From NCBI GenBank assembly GCA_965249275.1, contig CBDFLQ010000006.1, forward strand, positions 320,001 through 384,000: 64,000 nt of DNA. The letters are read 5' to 3'. The notes under the pieces are model-generated. The model had not been told where the DNA came from. It saw only the letters and a program-made list of their open reading frames with translations, and did no database searches. Positions within the stretch are counted from its first letter, which is position 1; each line of letters opens with the position of its first letter. Made by a program: the position numbers and the translations under genes. This document shows, one piece after another, positions 19,837 through 27,999 of this stretch. The DNA is from Dehalococcoidia bacterium (lineage in GTDB: Bacteria; Chloroflexota; Dehalococcoidia; Plut-88900).

Positions 19837-20637
19837 TTGCGAGTAGATGTCCACACCCACGTCTGGCCCGAGACCATAGCCAAGACCGTAGAGCGCCATG
19901 CCACCGGCGTACTGCACTTGGACATGCCCTTCGATAACACTGTTCCCGGCCTTAAGTCCCACATGAATGATTCAGGCTGCGACAAGTCCATAGTCATGGG
20001 AATCGCTGAACGCCCCGACCAGGTCGCTCGGGTAAACGACTGGCTGATCGGCATCCAGGACCGGTCCATCGTATCCTTCGGTGCCATCCACCCCCGTCTC
20101 GAAGACAAGCCCGCCGAGATTCGGCGTATCCGCTCCCGCGGCCTGAAAGGGATCAAGCTCCACCCTATCCTCAACCGCTTCCACCCCGATGACCCCGCCA
20201 TGTTCCCCCTCTACGAGGAGATCGGCGACTCAATGGCCGTAGCCATTCACTGCGGCTCCATGCCTCACTTGAAAGATAAACACCCCGACTTTGCCGCCCC
20301 ACACCGGATCGCCAACCTCGCCCGCCAGTTCCCCAACCTCAAGATCATAGCTCTCCATCTTGGCGGCTTCTACATGCTTGATGAGGCCGAAGAGCAGCTG
20401 GTAGGCCTTCCTAATCTCCTCATTGACACCGCCTGGCCCCCGACCGTAAAGGAGCTCGCTCCTGACACCCTCATGAAGATCGTAAACAACCACGGTGCCG
20501 ACAAAATTTGCTTCGGCACCGACTTTCCATTCGCCTCTCAGACCTCAGACACCGAACACCTCTCCTCCCTTCCCCTCACACCCACCCAGCTCGATATGGT
20601 CCTCGGCAACAACGCCGCCGAATTTATCGACCTCTAA
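19837..20637 (+). CDS. Amidohydrolase-2 family metal-dependent hydrolase
   Basis: DVHTH, GIKLHP, IHCG, LHLGG, FGTDFP. Confidence 0.9.
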   Translation: MRVDVHTHVWPETIAKTVERHATGVLHLDMPFDNTVPGLKSHMNDSGCDKSIVMGIAERPDQVARVNDWLIGIQDRSIVSFGAIHPRLEDKPAEIRRIRSRGLKGIKLHPILNRFHPDDPAMFPLYEEIGDSMAVAIHCGSMPHLKDKHPDFAAPHRIANLARQFPNLKIIALHLGGFYMLDEAEEQLVGLPNLLIDTAWPPTVKELAPDTLMKIVNNHGADKICFGTDFPFASQTSDTEHLSSLPLTPTQLDMVLGNNAAEFIDL

Positions 20638-20661
20638 TCACAGCTTCTTCTCTGCGAAAGC

Positions 20662-20695
20662 AAGAGGGCCGGCGCCAATTGGCGCCGGCCCTCTT
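20662..20695. terminator. GC-rich hairpin, probable bidirectional terminator
   Basis: Perfect 34-bp palindrome AAGAGGGCCGGCGCCAATTGGCGCCGGCCCTCTT between convergent genes. Confidence 0.75.
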
Positions 20696-20747
20696 AGAAT
20701 CTTCTGCTTATCTTTGTTCCGTCTAGCTTAACCGGTGTACCGGCTTT

Positions 20748-22130
20748 CTAGCTTCCTACGCCCTGCTGGTATTCCAGCCAGAGATCGGTCCAATCGCTGT
20801 TCTTCTCTCCGCTGTACTGCTCGCTCTCAATGATCGCGTACGGGGCATTAGAGGGCGATGTCGGCAGGGCCGGTCGTACCGCGTCGAAGCTCGCATCATC
20901 CTGGAAGCCGGCAGCCCTTAGGTTCGTGGCCCCATAGGTGATGAACTTGGAAATGTTGGCGTTAATTTCCGGATGTCCTGTCCAGGCTATGAACAGCTGT
21001 CCAAGCTCGAACGCCTCGGGGTTGGCCTCTTTCAGACCTTTCGCCATCACGAAGATGCCCGTGCCCACCAGGTGTCCGCACTCCCAGCAGATTGCTAGGG
21101 GAGCGCCTTCTACCTGGGCATTGTAGATCCTGCCATTCCACGCAGTGCACATGTCGTTGTCGCCGGAGATTAGCAGTTGCGGGCAGTCAGAACCCGTGTG
21201 CCAGAAGTGGTTGGGAGGATTCTCTTCCCAGAGCGCCAGCGCCTCTTGTACATCCTCATCGGTCGGTGCCCCGAGCCGCGTCCTCCACTCAGAGTTTTCC
21301 AGCCTGCTGGGGTCATTGGCTAGTAAGGCCGAGAACCAACTGCCTCTGTAGGCATCCCTTACACTTCTGTTGCCAGGGTAGGTCTCCCGGTCGAAGAAGG
21401 CGTCCCAGCTGGTGATGCTGCCTTCGGGGTAGACATCCGAGTTGTATGCCAGCACCGTTGACCAGGTGATTCCGCCGCCACCGGCGTACGGGGTGTTAAC
21501 CGTCTCTAGGTGGTTGCGGTTGTCCACTACGCTTTGGTCCATCGCTTCTAGTGCGCCGATCTTGATGTGGTTCCACAGTTCCCGTCCGCCCACGTCCATC
21601 ACGTGCCACTTGTAGTTGCCCGTGTCCACCATCACCCGAATTACTGCGTACTCCATCGGGCTCTCTTCAACGATATCAATCCCGAACTTCTCGCTGAAGG
21701 GGACTACGTAAGCCTGCCGTTGGGCCGCCTGGTAGGCGCCGCCCCAAGACGTGAACACGAAGCTTGCGCCTCGGTGTTTCTCGATCTCCGCCTCCAACTC
21801 TTCCAGGGTGGCGGGGTTCTCAGGAGTCCACTCAGACGGGCCCCTCATGCTCGTGTCATCCATGGCCTCTGGCGTCGCAGTGGCTTCCGGCATCGCATCA
21901 TCAGACTCGTCCGGCATTGCCGTGGGTTCCATCGCGTCATCCGGCTCTTCGTCATCCGCCATCGCCGTGGGTTCCGGCATCGCCGTCGGTTCTTCCATTG
22001 CTTCCGGCGTCGCGGTGGCGGCTTCGCCACATGCCGCTAGCACCAATAGTGCTACTAGAAGAATGCCGACAGCTGCGAGAATCCCCCGCTGCTTCGTCAG
22101 CCTCTTCCGCCTATACTTTCCGTCTATCAT
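20748..22130 (-). CDS. PotD/PotF-like (polyamine-type) ABC solute-binding lipoprotein, copy 1
   Basis: AGGAG RBS before ATG at 22130 (the track extends to 22172); lipobox LAAC, PEPTAM linker, TSWGGAYQ, AWNGR. Confidence 0.85.
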   Translation of the reverse strand: MIDGKYRRKRLTKQRGILAAVGILLVALLVLAACGEAATATPEAMEEPTAMPEPTAMADDEEPDDAMEPTAMPDESDDAMPEATATPEAMDDTSMRGPSEWTPENPATLEELEAEIEKHRGASFVFTSWGGAYQAAQRQAYVVPFSEKFGIDIVEESPMEYAVIRVMVDTGNYKWHVMDVGGRELWNHIKIGALEAMDQSVVDNRNHLETVNTPYAGGGGITWSTVLAYNSDVYPEGSITSWDAFFDRETYPGNRSVRDAYRGSWFSALLANDPSRLENSEWRTRLGAPTDEDVQEALALWEENPPNHFWHTGSDCPQLLISGDNDMCTAWNGRIYNAQVEGAPLAICWECGHLVGTGIFVMAKGLKEANPEAFELGQLFIAWTGHPEINANISKFITYGATNLRAAGFQDDASFDAVRPALPTSPSNAPYAIIESEQYSGEKNSDWTDLWLEYQQGVGS

Positions 22131-22428
22131 AGCTGCTCCTTGACTATTTCTTTGGGCCCAGTTTTTGCTCAAGCCTGATTTGTGGTTGCAGGCCTATCAC
22201 ATAGTTCCGATCCGATATACGAATAGACTCACCTCCAAATTTCAGGCAATGCTCTTGGATTTCTTGTGGAGAATTGCGGTCACCGTTAAAACGCCGACAG
22301 TGTTCCAAGTAAGGATGCAGTAAAAGTATAACGTCGCAGATGCTCAAAGACCAACTGCGGCGTTAATCAGGTTACCAAACTTATGTGATAATTGAGAGTC
22401 ATTATATATGAGCCAAACCCCTTGTCAA
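22131..22428 (-). promoter_or_regulatory. Promoter and long structured 5' leader, copy 1
   Basis: TTGACA-N16-TATAAT (22428-22401); three sequence blocks shared with the leader at 23960-24270. Confidence 0.65.
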
Positions 22429-22550
22429 GAGTCCCAAATTCCCCTTCCCTCCGAGCGCATACCGGGCAATCACTGGGATATCTGCCTATGGCCGTACGCA
22501 CTCCGTACCGAGCAATGGAGTTACTGCATGTGAGGTTGAATAAAGCACCG

Positions 22551-22590
22551 AAAAAGTCAGAGGCCCGGCGCCAAATGGCGCCGGGCCTCT
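22551..22590 (-). terminator. Intrinsic terminator after SBP copy 2
   Basis: 15-bp stem AGAGGCCCGGCGCCA/TGGCGCCGGGCCTCT followed by GACTTTTT on the minus strand; paralogous to 20662-20695. Confidence 0.75.
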
Positions 22591-22642
22591 TCGATTCTTC
22601 CGCTTGTCTTCGTTCCGTTTGGCCATCTGGTAGACCGGCCTC

Positions 22643-23959
22643 TTAGCTATCTACACTCTGCAGGAATCCCAGCCAGAGCTCGGCCCATTGGTCGTTGTAT
22701 TCGCCCGAATGCCTCTCGTTCTCTATCACGCCGTACGACACGTTGGCTTCAGACAACGGCAGGGCAGGGCGCACCTCGTCAAATTCCGGCTCACTGAGGT
22801 ACGGAATTGACCTCAGGTTGAGAGGTCCGTAGGAGATGTACTTCGACTGTTGTGCGTTGATCTGCGGCTGTCCCGTCCATGCAATGAACAGCTGCCCATT
22901 TTCGAACGCCAACGGGTCCGCTTCCTTCAGGCCCTTGGCCATTACGAAAGCGCCGGTCCCGATCAGGTGCCCACACTCCCAGCAGATGGCAAGGGGCGCG
23001 TCTTCCTGCTTCTGTGCATCGTAGATCCTGCCATTCCACGCCGTGCAGATGTCCACCTCGCCGCTGATCAGCAGCTGTGGGCAGTCCGATCCCGTGTGCC
23101 AGAAGTGGTCGGGAGGATTCGCTTCCCAATATGCCAGCGCTTCTTGCACGTCTTCCTCGTTCGGCGCTCCCAGACGCTTCTTGAGTTCGGTATCATCGTA
23201 CCAGTCTGGATGCAGTACTGAGAGGGCCACAAACCAGCTGGCTCTGTAGGCGTCTCTCACGCTCCGGCGGCCGGGGAAGCTCTCCCTGTCGAAATAGTCC
23301 GCCCAGGTCGTGATGCTGCCCTCGGGGTAGCTGTCGGTGTTGTAGGCCAGCACAGTGGACCAGGTTATTCCGCCGCCACCACCGTATGTCGGGTTCGGGT
23401 GGTTCCTTACCGAGTCCACGTGGTTTCTAGTGTCAACCACGCTCTTGTCCAACTCTTCCAGGCTGCCAATCTTGATCTCTGCCCACAGTGCCCGTCCGCC
23501 AACGTCCATGACGTTCCATTTGTAGTTGCCGGTCTCTACCATAGCGCGGATTACCGGGTACTCCATGGGGCTCTCTTCAACTACGTCGATTCCAAACTGC
23601 TGCTCGTAAGGTTCAATGTATGCCTGGCGCTGGGCAGACTGGTAGGCGCCGCCCCACGACGTGAACACAAAGCTCTCGCCTCGGTGCTTCTCAATCTCCG
23701 CCTCCAGTTCTTCGAACGTGACAGGCTCCTCCTCAGTCCACTCTGACCGCGGTCTCAGGCCCGTGTCCGGCATCGCCGTCGGTTCGTCAGCCATCGCCGT
23801 CGGTTCCGGCATCGCTGTGGGCTCTTCCGTTGCCTCCGGCGTCGCCGTAGCAGCTTCGCCGCACGCCGCGAGGACCATCAGCGCTACTAGAAGGATACTC
23901 AGTCCGGCAAGGACTCCCCTCCGTTTCTTAAACCTCTTAATCCCATATCTCGCATTCAT
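22643..23959 (-). CDS. PotD/PotF-like ABC solute-binding lipoprotein, copy 2
   Basis: Close paralogue of 20748-22130 (shared TSWGGAYQ, HFWHTGSDCPQLLISG, ICWECGHL); lipobox LAAC. Confidence 0.88.
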   Translation of the reverse strand: MNARYGIKRFKKRRGVLAGLSILLVALMVLAACGEAATATPEATEEPTAMPEPTAMADEPTAMPDTGLRPRSEWTEEEPVTFEELEAEIEKHRGESFVFTSWGGAYQSAQRQAYIEPYEQQFGIDVVEESPMEYPVIRAMVETGNYKWNVMDVGGRALWAEIKIGSLEELDKSVVDTRNHVDSVRNHPNPTYGGGGGITWSTVLAYNTDSYPEGSITTWADYFDRESFPGRRSVRDAYRASWFVALSVLHPDWYDDTELKKRLGAPNEEDVQEALAYWEANPPDHFWHTGSDCPQLLISGEVDICTAWNGRIYDAQKQEDAPLAICWECGHLIGTGAFVMAKGLKEADPLAFENGQLFIAWTGQPQINAQQSKYISYGPLNLRSIPYLSEPEFDEVRPALPLSEANVSYGVIENERHSGEYNDQWAELWLGFLQSVDS

Positions 23960-24270
23960 GGTTATTACTCCTTGCCTATTCCTTTGGGCTTATCAACTAG
24001 CGCACATTAAATTACGTCTAAGAAACGTTACACTATTTTGCGTTCGCCTCAAGAAAAGACTCACCTCCAAAAGTCTTGCGAAACATCTGAGTACTAACAA
24101 CCCATTGCAATTTCTGCCGGAAAAGCCGCTGCCCTTTAAGGGTAAATGGGGTTATATACAGATAACGTCGCAGAAGTAAAAAAGTTACCTGCGGCGCTGG
24201 GACAGATCGCACTGGGTTATCCAGGTAATAGCGGAATTTTAGGATATAGCCGTGTCGAGCCTCTTGTCAA
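23960..24270 (-). promoter_or_regulatory. Promoter and long structured 5' leader, copy 2
   Basis: TTGACA (24270-24265)-N16-TATATC; conserved blocks at 24163-24198, 24057-24071 and the RBS region. Confidence 0.6.
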
Positions 24271-24371
24271 GGAGCACTCCGCTATAGGCAAATATAGCCC
24301 TGTGTTTGGCCCCATTGCCAATCATCTTCTTGCCCGCTTACAAGGCCAGAGTTTATATTGGCGCCGAAGAG

Positions 24372-25643
24372 ATGCCGCCACCTTTCGAAAACGGTCGTCT
24401 ACCTCAGGCCCTGGCCCGGATGAAGGTCCTTGACCTTACCCAATACGTCGCTGGGCCTTTTTGCACCAAGCTCCTCGCCGACTACGGCGCCGAAGTTCTA
24501 AAGGTAGAGAGACCGGGCCAAGGAGACCCGGGGCGAAGGCTCGGGCCTTTCCCCAACGACTCCCCCCACCCCGACACCAGCGGCCTGTTCCAACACCTGA
24601 ACGGCAACAAGCTGGGTGTCACTTTGGACTTGAAGCACACTACGGGGGTCAAGATATTCGAGGAGCTAGTCCGGTGGGCAGACGTGGTCGTCGAGAGTTT
24701 CAGGCCCGGCGTGATGGCCGGTTTTGGCCTTTCCTATTCCCGCCTGTCGGAGGTCCGCCCGGGCGTGATACTGACTTCCATCTCCAATTTCGGACAGACT
24801 GGGCCCTACAGGCACAACAAGGCCACCGAGATAATAGAGTACGCTATCGGCGGCCCGATGCTATTCACTGGCACCTCATCCCGAGAACCTTTGAAGCTCG
24901 GGGGTCGAGTGGGGATGATCTTCGCTGGTCAAGAGGCTGCTATGGCAACCCTCATGGCCTTCTACAGAAGTATGGGGCGCGAATGTGCCGGTGAACACGT
25001 CGATGTCTCGATAATGGAGACCCAGGCCGGATCCATCGATAGGCAGACCGCGCTGTTGCTCAATTATCAATACACCGGAAACAGGTTCTCCCGACTTGAT
25101 GCCTCAGAGGCGTACCTGGGGGGCGTATACCCTGCACATGACGGTAACCTGGACGTTCAGGTCATAGAGAGATTTACCCAGCTCTTAGCTGGCATCGGCC
25201 AGCCCGACACCATCACCCCATCTGAAGCTGTCGTCTTGACCCAATTTCTCGACAAATGGGAAAACGCAGATGGCAACCCGCTGGAGAGTAAAGAGCTTAT
25301 CCGTGAGCTCGGTGATATTTTGGAGGAGTGGGTCCTGGCCCGCCCCGTGGGCCCGGCCTTGGCCCAACTCCAGAGGCATGGTACTTTGTCGGCCCCCTTC
25401 TACGATGCCGCAGGTGTGCATTCTGACCCTAGTTTCAGACTGCGAGGCCTGTGGACCGCGGTCGAGAGCGCCAACTCGAGCCAAAGCAGATTCCCCGGTC
25501 GCCATACCATAATGGAGCGTACACCGTGGCAACTACGGAGGCCCGCGCCCGGACTCGGTGAGCATAATGCCCATGTCTATGGCGAGATGCTCGGATACAA
25601 CCGACGAGACCTGGCGAGGCTACGGCAGATGGGGACAATCTAG
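24372..25643 (+). CDS. Class III (CaiB/BaiF) CoA-transferase, subunit apparently lacking the catalytic Asp
   Basis: DLTQYVAGPFCTKLLADYGAEV, ESFRPG, FGQTGPY, APGLGEHN; start placed at ATG 24372 (uncertain). Confidence 0.88.
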   Translation: MPPPFENGRLPQALARMKVLDLTQYVAGPFCTKLLADYGAEVLKVERPGQGDPGRRLGPFPNDSPHPDTSGLFQHLNGNKLGVTLDLKHTTGVKIFEELVRWADVVVESFRPGVMAGFGLSYSRLSEVRPGVILTSISNFGQTGPYRHNKATEIIEYAIGGPMLFTGTSSREPLKLGGRVGMIFAGQEAAMATLMAFYRSMGRECAGEHVDVSIMETQAGSIDRQTALLLNYQYTGNRFSRLDASEAYLGGVYPAHDGNLDVQVIERFTQLLAGIGQPDTITPSEAVVLTQFLDKWENADGNPLESKELIRELGDILEEWVLARPVGPALAQLQRHGTLSAPFYDAAGVHSDPSFRLRGLWTAVESANSSQSRFPGRHTIMERTPWQLRRPAPGLGEHNAHVYGEMLGYNRRDLARLRQMGTI

Positions 25644-25648
25644 CAGCC

Positions 25649-26971
25649 ATGACCTCTACCAAGCTTCCTCTTGATGGTGTGCGGATCGTGGACCAGACCC
25701 TTGCGTGGGCAGGGCCCTTCGGCACGCAGCTTCTGGCCGATTGGGGAGCCGAGGTGATTCGGGTCGAGCCTCTCCAATTCATGCAACGCGCAACCCGTGC
25801 CCCGAATATCAGGCCCTTCAAAAGGCCTACCTCCAACTGGGCAAACGACTATCCCGATGGGATACCGGGAGAGCGGCATTGGAACAGGCACTTGATGTTC
25901 CAGGTCCATGGCCGGAATAAGCTAAGTATTACTTCCGACCTACCCGACCCCGACTGCCTGGAGGCATACCTCAAACTCGTAGCAATCTCCGATGTAGTCA
26001 TGGAGAACAACGTCCCCCAGACCTATGCCAAGATCGGGGCCAGCTATGAGATGCTCCGTCAAGCCAGGCCCGACATCATCATGGTGAGGCTGCCCGCCTA
26101 CGGACTCCACGGGCCCTACGCCAAATTCCGAGCAGCTGGACGTCAAATGGAGTCCATGGCTGGCCACAACTGGATTCGAGGGTACAGGGACGAGTCCCTA
26201 TCCGATTCAAAGGACTTGATATCCATCAGAGGCACCACCTATCTCGCCGACGCCGTCGGAGGGGTTAGCGAGGCCTTTGCCACCCTGGCGGCCTTATGCC
26301 ACCGCAGGGAGACGGGGGAGGGTCAGTTGGTAGAGGTGGCAAGCACCGAGGCAGTGGTACATCATGTGCCTGAGTCGGTAATAGACTACGAACTAAATGG
26401 TCGTATCCAGGGTCCGCTGGGTAACTCCAACCCCTCGAGGGTGCCCCAAGGCTGCTACCGATGCCAAGGTGACGACAACTGGTTGGTCATTTCCATCGGA
26501 AGTGACGACGAGTGGTCGGGGCTAATTCGGGTAATGGGCGACCCACCCTGGGCCCGAGAACGCCGCTTCGCTACAATACTGGGCAGGTACCGCTGTCAGG
26601 AAGAGATTGATGAACACATCTCGGTCTGGACCCGGGACAAAGACCACGTCGAGCTGATGAATCTGTTGCAGGCGGAAGGTGTGCCTGCGGCCCCTGTCTA
26701 TGACCAAAGAGAATTATTCGACGATCCTCACATGAAGTCTCGAGAATTCTTCCAGGATCTCCACCAATTCTCAACAGGAAACCACCAGTATCCCGGCATG
26801 TCGTGGAAAATGACCCAGACCCCAAATGCCATCAGGAGGCCATCTCCTATGTTGGGGGAACAGAACGAGATGATCTACAAGGATCTCTTGGGCCTCACCG
26901 AGCAGGAATACAAGAAGCTTGAGGACGCCGGCCACATCGGCATGGATTACCCGCCCCGCCTCTACGACTAG
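25649..26971 (+). CDS. Class III CoA-transferase, Asp-containing subunit
   Basis: LAWAGPFGTQLLADWGAEV, YGLHGPY, YLADAVGG, PQGCYRC, SPMLGEQN. Confidence 0.9.
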   Translation: MTSTKLPLDGVRIVDQTLAWAGPFGTQLLADWGAEVIRVEPLQFMQRATRAPNIRPFKRPTSNWANDYPDGIPGERHWNRHLMFQVHGRNKLSITSDLPDPDCLEAYLKLVAISDVVMENNVPQTYAKIGASYEMLRQARPDIIMVRLPAYGLHGPYAKFRAAGRQMESMAGHNWIRGYRDESLSDSKDLISIRGTTYLADAVGGVSEAFATLAALCHRRETGEGQLVEVASTEAVVHHVPESVIDYELNGRIQGPLGNSNPSRVPQGCYRCQGDDNWLVISIGSDDEWSGLIRVMGDPPWARERRFATILGRYRCQEEIDEHISVWTRDKDHVELMNLLQAEGVPAAPVYDQRELFDDPHMKSREFFQDLHQFSTGNHQYPGMSWKMTQTPNAIRRPSPMLGEQNEMIYKDLLGLTEQEYKKLEDAGHIGMDYPPRLYD

Positions 26972-27042
26972 CCCCGACTCTCTGCCCTCGCCTAATCGAG
27001 TGTAATCCCATCTCGCTAATGTGGGCTAATGGAGGGAATGCC

Positions 27043-27978
27043 CTACCTAACCTGAGGCAGCACCTCTTTGGCAAAGGCCTCGTACATCTCCGGCACCTGC
27101 TCTGGTGGGCACTTAGCCGAAATCACAATGTGGTTCAGCCCGATATCTACGTAGCGCTGGATGCCTTCTATACAGTCATCAACGGTGCCGAAGGCGTAGC
27201 AACCTTCGTCCCGATCAGTTAGCTCACGACCTGCCGCAGTGCGGACGACGGAACTCAGGGTTTCCCAAGCTGCTTCCTTGGATGGACCCAGGCAAGCAAA
27301 CATCAAACATGACCATTCAATAGTCTCGGGGTCCCGACCGAAGGAGACCGCATAGTCGAATATCTTGTCCTTGCACTCCTTGTATAGCTCGGGAGGCGCC
27401 CTGTATATGAATCCATCCCCGAAGCGGCCCGCCCGCCTTAGCGGACCCTCGACCACCTTGCCATTCCAGTATGCAGAAGTCCAGATCGGGAGACTGTTTT
27501 CTCGCACGGGCCTGGGCAATATCGTCAAATTCTCGAAGCTGAAATGCTGACCCTCGTAGGTAACGACGGTCTCATGCACCAGCCTACGCAACACATCAAG
27601 GGATTCATCATTCAACGACACCCGGGATACATTCCCCACCTGTGCCACTTTCAAGTCGCCCGGATATCTCCCTAGCCCCGTCCCAAGTATCAGCCTCCCA
27701 TTGGACATGGCGTCCAGGGACAACGCCGTTTTCGCCAATTGGACAGGTGGCCTGGCCGGAAGAATGAGGACGCTGGTGCCGAGCCGAATGCTCTTTGTCC
27801 GGGTAGCCGCCCCCGAGAGAAGCACCAGGGGGTCCAGGTCTGACGTGGTCAGCAGATCGGGGACCCAGAATGAGTCGTAGCCCCAGGCCTCCGCCTTCTC
27901 GGCCAAGGCCGCCGGGTCAACAATTCCTAGCGGCGTACCCCTCGGGTTGGTTATTCCAAACTGAACACGAGCCATCAC
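27043..27978 (-). CDS. LLM-class flavin/F420-dependent oxidoreductase
   Basis: GYDSFWVPD, RLGTSVLILP, LDAMSNGRLILG. Confidence 0.88.
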   Translation of the reverse strand: MMARVQFGITNPRGTPLGIVDPAALAEKAEAWGYDSFWVPDLLTTSDLDPLVLLSGAATRTKSIRLGTSVLILPARPPVQLAKTALSLDAMSNGRLILGTGLGRYPGDLKVAQVGNVSRVSLNDESLDVLRRLVHETVVTYEGQHFSFENLTILPRPVRENSLPIWTSAYWNGKVVEGPLRRAGRFGDGFIYRAPPELYKECKDKIFDYAVSFGRDPETIEWSCLMFACLGPSKEAAWETLSSVVRTAAGRELTDRDEGCYAFGTVDDCIEGIQRYVDIGLNHIVISAKCPPEQVPEMYEAFAKEVLPQVR

Positions 27979-27999
27979 CGAAAGCCGTGGCCCGCGTCC

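Noticed and set aside
22144-22347. 67-aa leader ORF as a conserved peptide
   Set aside because: Only FGGES is shared with the second leader and the upstream conserved block is read in a different frame, so conservation is at nucleotide level.
24247-24256. attL duplicate of the tRNA-Lys 3' end (AGCCGTGT)
   Set aside because: Only an 8-bp match, expected by chance, and it lies in a promoter spacer.
26487-26507. REP-like GTCATTTCC..GGAAGTGAC inside the CoA-transferase
   Set aside because: It encodes the ordinary family segment VISIGSD and lacks the GGAATC end; probably coincidental.
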